Assembly (NCBI GenBank): GCA_963976765.1 | Contig: CAXBME010000004.1 | Span: forward strand, 186,001-250,000 | Origin: an uncultured Planctomycetaceae bacterium | Lineage (GTDB): Bacteria; Planctomycetota; Planctomycetia; Planctomycetales; Planctomycetaceae | Direction of reading: 5' to 3' | Length of the DNA stretch: 64,000 nucleotides | Shown here: piece by piece, positions 9,901-19,000 of the stretch | How positions within the stretch are numbered: the first letter of the stretch is position 1 | Layout of the letters: every line of letters begins with the position of its first letter | Notes under the pieces: model-generated | Database searches by the model: none | The model's input: the letters and a program-made list of their open reading frames with translations, nothing else | What the model was told of the DNA's origin: nothing | Translations under genes and position numbers: made by a program

Positions 9901-11418
9901 TGGTCGCTGGATGGAATTTCCGCATTATCAAGAGACGACATCCTGCGAGGCCTCAGCGACGACGACACTCACGTCAGACACGACTCCGTCAGACTGACAA
10001 AGGCATGGATCGATGACGACGCAGTCTTCGCAAAGCTGAGCGAACTTGCCATTGATTCGGAACCGAGTGTCAGATTTCAGGTCGCGATCGCACTGGGCGA
10101 AAGCCAACGATCTGAGACCACGCAACTGCTGGCGAAACTTGCTCTGAAAGATGGGCCCGATTCTTCATTTGTCAGCGGCCTGCTGACTTCAACTCATGAA
10201 CGATCAGGAGCTGTCCTGAACGCCCTCGTCGCGCAAAGTGACTTTGCCGCCACCGGCAGTTCAGCAAAGGCTCAGCTCGTGAAACGCCTGGCGACGGTTG
10301 TCGGAGTTCGCGGCGACGTTGACGAACTGTCAACGCTTCTGAATTCTCTGGCGGGCAACGGAACGTCTTCTTCCGGATCAACGGTCGTCTGGTGGCAGGC
10401 CGCAGCAATCAGCGGACTCGGTCAGGGCCTGCCGCGTTATCGAGGTGAGCTTGGCCGGCTGAGTCTGCCGTTACTGCTGAACAATCCTCCGAAGGGACTT
10501 GCAAAGGCGGCGGCTGGAATGAATGAACTGCTGGCAGAAAGTCAGCAGGCAGCACTCGACCGAAAACGATCAGCGGCAGGCCGAGTCGCAACGGTCGAGT
10601 TACTCGCCTATCGTCCCTTCGAAGAAGCAGCACCGGCTTTTGCAGAGTTACTCGAATCCGACCAGCCCGTCGAAGTCCAGACAGCCTGCATCAATGCTCT
10701 GTCTGCCAACGGTTCCGAAGCCGCGGCGAAGATCGTACTTGACCGCTGGCAGGAACTGGGACCAGCTGTTCGAGATCCGGCTTTGAATCTGCTCATGAGT
10801 CGGACTACTTCGACGAAGCTGGCCCTGGACGCGATGGCCGCCGGGACGATGAAGCCTGCGGCACTCAGCATCGATCAGCGAGTCCGACTGCTGAAGCATT
10901 CCGACGCCGACATTCGCAAGCAGGCTACCAGACTGTTCGGCGGCGCTGTTTCGTCCAACCGAAAAGCGGTCGCGCAGAAGTATCAGCCAGCCTTGTCCCT
11001 TGACGCTTCCGCCGATGCCGGTGCGAAAGTCTTCGAGAAAACCTGCTCGAAGTGCCACCGCATTAACGGCAAAGGACACGAAGTCGGACCAGATTTGAGC
11101 GACGTCCGCAACCGATCAAAACTCGCCCTGCTCTACGACATCCTAGATCCGAACTCAAAAGTCGAACCACGCTTCACCGCTTACACAGTCGCAACGGTCG
11201 ATGGAAAAGTCTTCAACGGCCTCATCGTTTCAGAAACCGCCGAAGCGATCGTCCTGAGAATGGCCGAAGGCAAAGAGCAAACCATCGGTCGTGGAGAAAT
11301 CGAAGTCATCCGAGCCAGCGAAGTCTCGCTCATGCCCGAAGGCGTCGAGAAAGACATCAAACCTCAGGACATGGCCGACCTGCTGGAGTTCCTGAAAGGT
11401 GGCGTCACTTCAAAGTAA
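6994..11418 (+). CDS. Sulfatase fused to a PVC-type membrane-bound dehydrogenase-like propeller, HEAT repeats and c-type heme domain
   Basis: CDNLGYGD, CTPSR, GKWHLG, TSDNG sulfatase motifs; VASEPLVRDPVAIAFD, WFRP propeller motifs; CSKCH..VGPDL; GGAGA RBS. Confidence 0.88.
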   Translation: MKSRIRLIGMLIAAAVLLNTATFSRHAVAETSKADRRDKPNIIVVYCDNLGYGDIEPFGSTLHRTPNLNRMAKEGRKFTHFCVTAGVCTPSRASIMTGCYAQRVGMHLNPRDGWVLRPVSPYGLHPDEVTVAEVLKEQSYATAIVGKWHLGDQPEFLPTRQGFDWFFGVPYSDDMTERVWEQDGSKWPPLPLMENETVIEAPCDRNGLTKRYTERAMQWIAEHKDEPFFLYFPQAMPGSTSTPFSSEAFKGKSKNGPWGDAIEELDWSMGVMLDQLKELGIAENTLVIWTSDNGAPINRNLSDLSRGSNHPLHGRGYTTSEGAFRVPTIVWQPGKVPAGTTCDELSSTMDLLPTFAKLAGGSAPANRKIDGHDIAPLLYGEPDAKTPHDAYYYYHQDQLQAVRSGPWKMFVPIDSPMGHPHFKNGQKAEPLLFNVVDDISCEKNVAAAHPEIIAKLSKVADQARADLGDKGKPGPGQRKPGRIAGEPQQQLLQKNALDVIEGVRGGRHWVDEKTAPPKSPADSLAALQIEPGLEIQLVASEPLVRDPVAIAFDQRGRMFVVEYGDYPIGPEDGGDPLSKVVYLEDTNGDGKADKRHVFADKLTFAHSLMPFREGLIVGAQTQILYLKDTDGDNVADVREVLFDGFTPAHPQMQIGNPRWGMDNWVYLNYGPGKITSTNEPNREPVTMPRKDFRFHPLTMKFEADSGMGQFGNTVDRWGNRFYCTNRNPIMTTLLPPAILNRNPYAITADASYDVGTSGGDTRVYPLVEMKSNYLSHAGTHTSACGVTAYTGDLLSGTFQDSVFVCEPIGHLVTRSIIKPDGLRLTAERAQPKADFIASTDTWFRPASLANGPDGALYLADMYRLWVEHPKFLPPEIAAKLDWRAGEDRGRIYRIVPKGAKSKPFTPPETPEDMVKLLESPNGWQQYLGQRLLTEELLTQTSDSTPTQTAATLRQLARQHPNAATRLHALWSLDGISALSRDDILRGLSDDDTHVRHDSVRLTKAWIDDDAVFAKLSELAIDSEPSVRFQVAIALGESQRSETTQLLAKLALKDGPDSSFVSGLLTSTHERSGAVLNALVAQSDFAATGSSAKAQLVKRLATVVGVRGDVDELSTLLNSLAGNGTSSSGSTVVWWQAAAISGLGQGLPRYRGELGRLSLPLLLNNPPKGLAKAAAGMNELLAESQQAALDRKRSAAGRVATVELLAYRPFEEAAPAFAELLESDQPVEVQTACINALSANGSEAAAKIVLDRWQELGPAVRDPALNLLMSRTTSTKLALDAMAAGTMKPAALSIDQRVRLLKHSDADIRKQATRLFGGAVSSNRKAVAQKYQPALSLDASADAGAKVFEKTCSKCHRINGKGHEVGPDLSDVRNRSKLALLYDILDPNSKVEPRFTAYTVATVDGKVFNGLIVSETAEAIVLRMAEGKEQTIGRGEIEVIRASEVSLMPEGVEKDIKPQDMADLLEFLKGGVTSK

Positions 11419-11431
11419 CTTCGAATAAAGC

Positions 11432-11509
11432 TCACGCTAAGACGTGAGGGCGATAAGAAAACGATTGACTTCATCTTCCTTCCTTAGCGTCTTCGCGACA
11501 TCGCGTGAG
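11432..11509. repeat. Imperfect intergenic palindrome (CTCACGCTAAGACG...CGTCTTCGCGACATCGCGTGAG)
   Basis: Terminal IR CTCACGC/GCGTGAG with internal complementary blocks, just after a stop codon. Confidence 0.5.
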
Positions 11510-11647
11510 AAGTTTTTCGAAGAACCTCCGATCAGTCGGCCTTAATGGCTGGCAAGTCGCTCCGTGGCTATTCTTTCGTCTCGTGATCCGCCAGCCCGAC
11601 ACAGAATGTCGCTGCCTCATTCATTCATCAAACCGCGAGACACAACT

Positions 11648-13519
11648 GTGAAGCAACATTGTCAACGTCGACCGTCCTTCAACTTTGCCATTCCGGTTTT
11701 CTTCGCGACATTTCTTGTTGTGGGTCTCTGCTCGTCGGCACAGGCTTTCCGTGATCCGATTCGGCTGACGCATGGTCCGATGCTGGGGAAGCCAACGGCG
11801 CACTCGATGGTTGTCTGGGGGCGGACATCTGAACCGGGGCAGTTCGAGGTTCATTACGGGACGAAGGCTGACAAGCTTGATCAGGTCAGCAAGCCGGGAA
11901 CAACCGAACTCGGACATGACAACACGGGGACCGTCGAGCTGACCGGGCTGAAATCGGACACGCGGTATCACTACCAAATCTGGGTAAACGAACGACCGCA
12001 CGGTCTGCCAGGAAGTTTTCGAACACTGCCCGACGCCGACGACACTCGGAATGAGGAACACAATCCAAAAGGGCTGTTCAACTTCAAATTTCAAATTGGC
12101 TCCTGCGCGAATCAGAATCCGCTGCACGGCATGGGACATCGATCGCCGACGTATGAAAACCTCAACCGCGACTGGGCGAAGCAGGTTCACTTCCACATCA
12201 TGAACGGCGACTGGCTCTACGAAGAGCTGCGAACCTACCCACCGGAAGCCTGGCGGTTGGTTCAGGGAGCAGAGGATTATCCCCTGTCTGTCAGAGTCAT
12301 GCCGACCGTCGTTGGCGTCTGGGAAAACTACAAGCTCTACCTCGACCGTGGCGTCGAACTTTCCAAATGGCACCGCAACGTGCCGAGCTATTTCACGTTC
12401 GACGATCACGAACTCGTCAACGACATCTGGGGCTCTTCCGAGGCCGGCAAACGTCACCGCCGAACCGTTTTCCGAGACATCGGCACGCACGCCTGGTTTG
12501 ACTACCTGGGCTGGGCCAACCCGATGGAACACGACCAGGACATCCATTACGGCAAAGCCAGCATGAAGGCCGGCAGCGATCTGCTGATTGACAGAAACGT
12601 CGACTTCACAAAGCTTCCACTGAAGGAAATGTTGAACCTGCACGTCCACTGGGGGACGGCTGAAGCCGGTGAAAATGACCTGAAATATGACAACGACGAT
12701 GGCAACAAAAACTCCTACGTGTACGACATTGTCGAGGTCGTCGACGCTCACACTCTGCGGCTGCACATGCCGGCCAAAGTCGACGACATGGACCTGAGCT
12801 ACTCGATCGGACGCCGCAGTTACGGCAGTTTCAAAGTCGCCAACTGCGAGTTCTTCCTGCTCGACACACGCGGCGATCGCGACATGCACGACATCACTCA
12901 GCGGGACAAGCCTGGCGTCTCGATGCTCGGCAAGCCGCAACGTGAATGGCTGCTTCGATCAATGAAACGCAGCGATGCTGACTTCTTCTTTGTGGTATCG
13001 ACCGTGCCCTTCATGATCCCGCACTCAGGAGCGGGCGGTTTCGAAGCCGCCGGTAACAAAGAGGAAGCCTGGACGGGTTTCTTCGACGAACGTGAAATGC
13101 TGATCAGCGAATGGGACAAAATCGGCAAGAAAGTCTTCGTGATGACCGGAGACCTGCACAACAGCTTTGCGATCAAAGTCACGAACAATGTGTGGGAGTT
13201 CTGCTGCGGACCGCACAACAGCGTGAACCACGTACCGAAGCTCGACGAAAGCGACCGCCCCGCCACCGGAAAGTTCAAATTCGGCCCACGCGAATGCGAC
13301 ATCCGCTGGAGCAGCTACGTGCTCGACGATATTCCACGTCTGGAGCGTCTCTACCCGCACTACTGCGTCGTGCAGATCAATAATGTCTTCAACAATCCAC
13401 AGAAGCTCGGCGACAAACGCTGGGTCGCGTACCCGCACCCGCAGATTATCTTTCAGTATTTCGACGGAAAGACCGGAGAACTGGCCTACGCCGAGGCCGT
13501 TTCGCTCGACCGCAGATAA
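11648..13519 (+). CDS. Alkaline phosphatase D (PhoD-like) family protein
   Basis: THGPMLG N-domain, GSCANQ, NGDWLY, FDDHE, LLDTR, MLGKPQREWL, TGDLH. Confidence 0.88.
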   Translation: MKQHCQRRPSFNFAIPVFFATFLVVGLCSSAQAFRDPIRLTHGPMLGKPTAHSMVVWGRTSEPGQFEVHYGTKADKLDQVSKPGTTELGHDNTGTVELTGLKSDTRYHYQIWVNERPHGLPGSFRTLPDADDTRNEEHNPKGLFNFKFQIGSCANQNPLHGMGHRSPTYENLNRDWAKQVHFHIMNGDWLYEELRTYPPEAWRLVQGAEDYPLSVRVMPTVVGVWENYKLYLDRGVELSKWHRNVPSYFTFDDHELVNDIWGSSEAGKRHRRTVFRDIGTHAWFDYLGWANPMEHDQDIHYGKASMKAGSDLLIDRNVDFTKLPLKEMLNLHVHWGTAEAGENDLKYDNDDGNKNSYVYDIVEVVDAHTLRLHMPAKVDDMDLSYSIGRRSYGSFKVANCEFFLLDTRGDRDMHDITQRDKPGVSMLGKPQREWLLRSMKRSDADFFFVVSTVPFMIPHSGAGGFEAAGNKEEAWTGFFDEREMLISEWDKIGKKVFVMTGDLHNSFAIKVTNNVWEFCCGPHNSVNHVPKLDESDRPATGKFKFGPRECDIRWSSYVLDDIPRLERLYPHYCVVQINNVFNNPQKLGDKRWVAYPHPQIIFQYFDGKTGELAYAEAVSLDRR

Positions 13520-13537
13520 TCCGGCCTGGACTATTTT

Positions 13538-13615
13538 GCCGCAGATCAGCCCCCATGGACGCTGATGATTTCCGTGGAATAACAACGATCCGCGTCCATC
13601 TGCGCTGATCTGTGA
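13538..13615. repeat. Imperfect intergenic palindrome (CGCAGATCAGC...GCTGATCTGTG)
   Basis: CAGATCAGC/GCTGATCTG and ATGGACGC/GCGTCCAT complementary blocks. Confidence 0.55.
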
Positions 13616-13751
13616 CTTTTCCATGACTCGCTGTCAGGATTTACGGCAGCGACTGAAACCGGCAGGGACGGATTCGGGTAGGCTGATTTCGTTACGTTTG
13701 CGAGCGATCGACGTTTCGACGCTCGACGATTTCAGATAAATGGAATAAGCA

Positions 13752-15524
13752 ATGACTCGACGCTTCCCGACGACGGTGTGGCTCTGCGGTCTGATCGTTA
13801 CTGCAATCGCCCACACAAGTGCGTACGCCCAGCCTGAGCTGGACTCTGACGACAGGACTGCAATCGAGCTACTACCTGCTTCGTGCCTGGCCGTTGTCGA
13901 GATGCAACATCCGGACGACCTGCTGACCACGCTCTCCGGGCACAACGTCTGGAAGAAGGTCAAGCAGCAACCGCAATACCAGGAAGCGATCTCGAACCCA
14001 GGCTACATGATGTTCCTGGGAATTCGCACGCACATCGAAACACAGATCGGCATGAAGTGGCGGGAAGCGTACGACACGCTGCTGGGAGGCGGCATTACGA
14101 TCGCGTTTCATCCTGAAACTGAAGGTCTCGTCGCTCTGGTCCGATCCACCGATGCTGCAAAGCTTCAAGCAACCGCGAAGAAGCTGATCGAGCTCGGCCG
14201 TGCCGACGCCCATTCCAAAGGCAACGAACCTCTACCGGAAGAACAGTATCGCGACATCACGATCTACGGAAAAAAGAATGCTCGATTTGCGGTCGCCGGT
14301 CCGTGGCTGATCATGACCAACAAGGACGATCTTGGAAAGAAGATTCTCGACAGCCTGATGGATGGTTCTCGAACGTCGATCAAGGACAACGAGAAGTTCG
14401 CAGTCGCGCGCCAATCAATCGACGGCGAACCGGCGATCTGGAGCTGGATTGACCTTGGCACCGTCAGGGACGCGGGCCTGGCGAAGGGGCTCGACAGGAA
14501 TCAAACGGAAAATCCCATTGCAGAACTTCTGGTCGGTGGAGTGCTAACCAACCTGCGAAAGACTCCGTATTTCACCGCATCACTTTACGTCAGCGGCGAG
14601 TCAACACGGCTGCAATTCTCGGCTCCGCACGAAAACGAGTGGGTTGAAGAATTTCGCGAGTACTGGTTCGGACCAGACGGCAACGGAACTGCCGACGCGC
14701 CGCTTGAAACCGAATCGACGATTCTCTCGATCAGCACTTATCGCAAGGTCTCAGAAATGTGGCTGCGAGCCGGTGACCTGTTCGACGAGCGGATGAATGA
14801 CGAACTCGCCAAGGCCGATGCGAATCTGACGACTTTCTTCGCTGGTAAAGATTTTGGTGAAGACGTCCTTGGATCATTCGGACCGACACTGCAAATTCTC
14901 GTCAACCGGCAGAACTTCGAAGACGTGCAGCCAAAACCGGCACTCCGCTTACCGAGCTTTGCTCTGGCGGGTCACCTGGAGAAAGCTGAAGAAACGCAAA
15001 CCGAACTGCGACGAACGTTTCAGAGTTTCGTCGGATTCCTGAACGTCATCGGGGCGATGCAGGGCAATCCGCAGCTCGATCAGGACATCGACATTTACCG
15101 CGACAATAAAATTTACACCGCCTCGTTCATTCCCGAGCCTGACGAAAAGGATTCTGAACGAGCGAGAATTCAGTTCAACTTCTCGCCGACCCTTGCCTTC
15201 GCCAAAGATCGATTCTTCATCGCCAGCACAAAGCAAATGGCCAAAGAACTCATTGACGCCGCATACGACGAACAAACGACTCAAGGCGAAACATCCAACA
15301 CAGCCATCCGGCTCAAAGCAAAAACGCTGGGAGAAGCACTTGCCGACAACCGCGACCAGCTCGTCGCTCAGAACATGATTAAAAAAGGTCAGACGCGAGA
15401 AGAGTCCGCCCAGGAAATCGGCCTGCTGCTGGAAGTGCTCAACCTGTTCAAGGGAATGTCCTTCGATATCAAAACGACCGACGGCGAGCTGAAACTGGAA
15501 CTGGCAATTCAGACGAAAAGTTGA
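13752..15524 (+). CDS. Secreted hypothetical protein (DUF3352-like)
   Basis: 590-aa ORF with signal peptide and 'AIELLPA' start of mature domain; 9 bp upstream of DUF1800. Confidence 0.7.
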   Translation: MTRRFPTTVWLCGLIVTAIAHTSAYAQPELDSDDRTAIELLPASCLAVVEMQHPDDLLTTLSGHNVWKKVKQQPQYQEAISNPGYMMFLGIRTHIETQIGMKWREAYDTLLGGGITIAFHPETEGLVALVRSTDAAKLQATAKKLIELGRADAHSKGNEPLPEEQYRDITIYGKKNARFAVAGPWLIMTNKDDLGKKILDSLMDGSRTSIKDNEKFAVARQSIDGEPAIWSWIDLGTVRDAGLAKGLDRNQTENPIAELLVGGVLTNLRKTPYFTASLYVSGESTRLQFSAPHENEWVEEFREYWFGPDGNGTADAPLETESTILSISTYRKVSEMWLRAGDLFDERMNDELAKADANLTTFFAGKDFGEDVLGSFGPTLQILVNRQNFEDVQPKPALRLPSFALAGHLEKAEETQTELRRTFQSFVGFLNVIGAMQGNPQLDQDIDIYRDNKIYTASFIPEPDEKDSERARIQFNFSPTLAFAKDRFFIASTKQMAKELIDAAYDEQTTQGETSNTAIRLKAKTLGEALADNRDQLVAQNMIKKGQTREESAQEIGLLLEVLNLFKGMSFDIKTTDGELKLELAIQTKS

Positions 15525-15533
15525 GAGCGAGAC

Positions 15534-16931
15534 ATGCCACAGGACATTGCCGCCATCGATCCCGGCTGGGCGTGGTCGCCCTTCACACCATCCGACGAGC
15601 AACCGTGGAACCGACGACTGGCGGCGCACCTCTGCCGCCGAGCCGGATTTGGAGCGACTTCACAGGAACTCGATGAACTGGTGAAGCGATCTCCGTCGGA
15701 CATCGCCCACTCCTTCGTCACGAACGCCGAAGATGCTTCGCAGCGGGATCCAGAAACCGACGCACTGGCAACAGCCATGCTGGCCACCGGGAACTCACGG
15801 AACCTCGCCGCGTGGTGGTTGTATCGAATGCTGAATGCGTCGTGGCGCGGCCCCGAAGCATCAATAACAAGTCCGCTGCTCGAAAAATTGACGCTCTTCT
15901 GGCACGGTCACTTCGCGACAGGCGCTGGAAAAGTCGACGATGCCGAAATGATGTTTGCACAAAACCGATTACTGCGTCGGCATGCTCTCGGTGACTTCGG
16001 AGCGATGACTCAGGAAATTTCCCGCGACCCGGCGATGCTGATTTACCTCGACTCAACCACCAACCGCAAAGCGCATCCCAACGAAAACTACGCCCGCGAA
16101 ATCATGGAGCTGTTCTGTCTGGGCGAAGGCAACTATACCGAGCGCGACATCCAGGAACTGGCTCGCTGCTTCACTGGCTGGGAAGTGCGCCGCAAGAATT
16201 TTCGCTTCAATAAATATCAACACGACACCGGCACGAAGACGATCCTCGGAGAGACCGGACCATTCACCGGCGAAGAAGGCGTCGACATCGTCCTGAAGCA
16301 GAAGGCGTTGCCACGATTCATCGCCGGAAAACTGATCCGATTCTTCATCTTCGATGAACCATCCGCACCCGAACATCTGATCGATCCGCTGGCCAGGCTG
16401 TTACGTGAGTCGGACCTGAACATCGCCCCCGTCGTCGAGCGAATCTTTGCCAGCAATCTTTTCTATTCGCCGCTGGCTGTCGGTCAGAAAGTAAGGTCGC
16501 CCGTCGAGCTGGGAATCGGGCTTCTGCGATGTCTGAACGGCTCGTCCAATCTCGATCGCGTGGCCCAAAGACTCGACGAAATCGGCCAGGCCGTTTTTTA
16601 TCCGCCGAATGTTAAGGGCTGGGACGGAGGACGGACCTGGATCAACACCTCGACCCTACTCGGCCGATCGAATCTGGTTGGCGAGCTTCTACGACACGAA
16701 ACAACACGTTTTGCCGGTCAGAATCTGGAGACGCTCGCACGGAAGAACGGCGCCGAATCAACCGAAAGACTGGTGAACTGGCTCGACGAAATCCTGCTTG
16801 CCGTACCGTTTCACGACGACGCAAGAAACGAACTGGTCACAGTCATGGAGCAGGCAACCGGCGACAAGTCTCGTCGCATCGCCGAACTTGTTCACACAAT
16901 GAGCACCGTCCCGCAATTTCACCTTGCCTGA
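15534..16931 (+). CDS. DUF1800 family protein
   Basis: HLCRRAGFG, EKLTLFWHGHFAT, DPAMLIYLD, NENYAREIMELF, PPNVKGW. Confidence 0.92.
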   Translation: MPQDIAAIDPGWAWSPFTPSDEQPWNRRLAAHLCRRAGFGATSQELDELVKRSPSDIAHSFVTNAEDASQRDPETDALATAMLATGNSRNLAAWWLYRMLNASWRGPEASITSPLLEKLTLFWHGHFATGAGKVDDAEMMFAQNRLLRRHALGDFGAMTQEISRDPAMLIYLDSTTNRKAHPNENYAREIMELFCLGEGNYTERDIQELARCFTGWEVRRKNFRFNKYQHDTGTKTILGETGPFTGEEGVDIVLKQKALPRFIAGKLIRFFIFDEPSAPEHLIDPLARLLRESDLNIAPVVERIFASNLFYSPLAVGQKVRSPVELGIGLLRCLNGSSNLDRVAQRLDEIGQAVFYPPNVKGWDGGRTWINTSTLLGRSNLVGELLRHETTRFAGQNLETLARKNGAESTERLVNWLDEILLAVPFHDDARNELVTVMEQATGDKSRRIAELVHTMSTVPQFHLA

Positions 16932-16952
16932 TTTCAGAACAGAAAACATTTT

Positions 16953-17024
16953 CAGCCACGGAAGACACCGAGACCTCTGAGAAGTGCTTCACCTTATCCG
17001 CATTCTTTGTGAACTCCGCGGCTG
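16953..17024. repeat. Imperfect intergenic palindrome (CAGCCACGGA...TCCGCGGCTG)
   Basis: Terminal near-IR between DUF1800 and DUF1501. Confidence 0.4.
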
Positions 17025-17043
17025 TTCTTCGAAAGCTTTTGCC

Positions 17044-18264
17044 ATGACAACCCGCCGCGACTTTCTCAAGTCTTCGCTTGGATCATCCGCCGCCGTTTCG
17101 ATTGGAGCGGTCGCGCCGCAGATTCTTTTACGGGCTGGCGCTGCTGATTCCAGACCGAATGACGACACGATCCTCGTCATGGTTCAACTTTCCGGCGGTA
17201 ACGATGGTTTGAACACCGTTGTTCCTTTCAAAGAGTCCGCTTATCGAAAAGCTCGTCCGACATTGGCGGTGTCAGCAGACGACGCATTGAAGATCGACGG
17301 CTCTCACGGTTTTCATCCTGAAGCCCGAGGGCTGGCCGACCTGCTGGAGAGCAATCGGCTGGCCATCGTTCAGGGTGTGGGTTATGCGAACCCGAACCGT
17401 TCGCACTTCGAGTCGATGGATATCTGGCATACGTGTCGCCGGAAAACAGCCATCCGGAACGACGGCTGGCTTGGTCGGTTTCTTGATCAGACACAAACAA
17501 AATCTCCGCAGAACATTCCGGCAATTCACCTCGGTCATGAAAAACAACCACTCGCTCTTTCGTCAGAGAGAATCCGCGTACCATCCGTCACGTCGCTCGA
17601 CCGTTTTCGGTTGAAAGACAGCAGCGATCAACTCCGCAGGACCGTGACACAAATCGGGAACACGGCGGCGGTCGACAACGGTCTGCTGAGTTTTGTTGAG
17701 TCAAGTACGGGGTCGGCGCTTTCAGCCAGTCAGCAGATCGAAGCAGCGAGCGGCGGCTACAAAACAGGCATCGCGTATCCCGACAGCAGCCTCGCCCAGA
17801 AGTTGAAGACGGTCGCGCAGCTCATCGATTCCGGACTGAAGACCCGGATCTACTACGTGACGCTCGACGGATTCGATACGCACTCACGACAGGCTCCAGC
17901 TCACTCCGCGTTGCTGAGGGAATTAAGCGGCGCTCTCGACGCGTTCGTGCGTGACCTCGACGAACACGGTCACGGCGATCGAGTTCTCACGATGTCATTC
18001 AGCGAGTTTGGTCGTCGGCTTCAGGAAAACGCCAGCGAAGGCACTGACCACGGCGCCGCAGCTCCTGCGTTCCTCACCGGCAACCGAGTAAAAGCCGGCC
18101 TGATCGGAAAACATCCCAGCCTGACCAACCTTCACGACGGCGACGTGAAATTTCACACCGACTTCCGTCAGACTTACGCAACCGTGCTCGACCAATGGCT
18201 ACGCGTCGACAGCGTTCCAATCCTCGGTGGTAATTTCGAACCGGTGAATGCTCTTCAAAGCTGA
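17044..18264 (+). CDS. DUF1501 family protein with Tat signal
   Basis: TRRDFLK Tat motif; GGNDGLNT, NRSHF, GFDTH, SEFGRR, GTDHG. Confidence 0.92.
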   Translation: MTTRRDFLKSSLGSSAAVSIGAVAPQILLRAGAADSRPNDDTILVMVQLSGGNDGLNTVVPFKESAYRKARPTLAVSADDALKIDGSHGFHPEARGLADLLESNRLAIVQGVGYANPNRSHFESMDIWHTCRRKTAIRNDGWLGRFLDQTQTKSPQNIPAIHLGHEKQPLALSSERIRVPSVTSLDRFRLKDSSDQLRRTVTQIGNTAAVDNGLLSFVESSTGSALSASQQIEAASGGYKTGIAYPDSSLAQKLKTVAQLIDSGLKTRIYYVTLDGFDTHSRQAPAHSALLRELSGALDAFVRDLDEHGHGDRVLTMSFSEFGRRLQENASEGTDHGAAAPAFLTGNRVKAGLIGKHPSLTNLHDGDVKFHTDFRQTYATVLDQWLRVDSVPILGGNFEPVNALQS

Positions 18265-18338
18265 CCCTGAAAAGAGTTCACAGAAAATCTGTGACGAACA
18301 TTCTGAAGACACAATAGTATACCACGTCTGGCCCCGCA

Positions 18339-18450
18339 GTGCCGCACACTGTCGCGTTGCTGGCTGACGTTGCCGGTATGTCGCCATTTCATTTTCAGCG
18401 AGCCTTCAAACGTGTCGCCGACGAAACAGGAAAGTTATTTCAGATACGCT
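18339..18450 (+). pseudogene. AraC-family HTH fragment
   Basis: LLADVAGMSPFHFQRAFKRVADET matches the first AraC HTH; no second HTH or sensor domain. Confidence 0.55.
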
Positions 18451-18501
18451 CCCGAGACGGCAGTGCCGAAACAAAGCAGGAGGCACAGTGGTTATGCGTC
18501 C

Positions 18502-18993
18502 TCACTCGGTGGGCACAGCAATCATCGTGTTCGCGTCCCGGATAACGACCCAGCCGTCGCCTCGACGCTCTAAGATGGAAATACCATCGCCCTTCATCAA
18601 GGTACGCGTTTGGGTCTCCTTGTCCGTCATTGCAAGAGAAATGGTTGCCACCAACCACGCGTGGTCACCAAGGATCCTGATTTCCTGAAGATCGCAGTCA
18701 AGCTGGAAGTCAGTATCTGGATCAGACGCCGTCGCGGCCTCGGCGAAGCTTTGCTTATCCATTTGCCCCGCACCGGGCACAAGAAAGATCGCATCGTCGG
18801 CAATAAGTGATCTCGCTAACTCCAGGTCACCTTCTTTTGTTGCGGTCATCCAATCATCAAACCATTTACGAATGGCATTTTCATCCTGGTTCACGGTAGT
18901 TCCTTTGGTTTCGATCGACTGTTGACAGCCCATCGTTGAGGTCAGCAAGACGGCAACACACAGTATCGATTTCGTTATTGTGAGAGCGACCAC
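18502..18993 (-). CDS. NTF2-like (SnoaL/DUF4440) protein, possibly a lipoprotein
   Basis: AIRKWFDDW..GDL..LIADDAIF..GDHAW..WVVIRD; lipobox-like TMGC; alternative start GTG 18894 with AAAGGA RBS. Confidence 0.8.
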   Translation of the reverse strand: MVALTITKSILCVAVLLTSTMGCQQSIETKGTTVNQDENAIRKWFDDWMTATKEGDLELARSLIADDAIFLVPGAGQMDKQSFAEAATASDPDTDFQLDCDLQEIRILGDHAWLVATISLAMTDKETQTRTLMKGDGISILERRGDGWVVIRDANTMIAVPTE

Positions 18994-19000
18994 TTCTGAT

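Noticed and set aside
7264..12940. Long antisense ORFs (7264-8340, 8359-9780, 11621-12940)
   Set aside because: Shadows of GC-rich codon usage on the strand opposite well-supported genes
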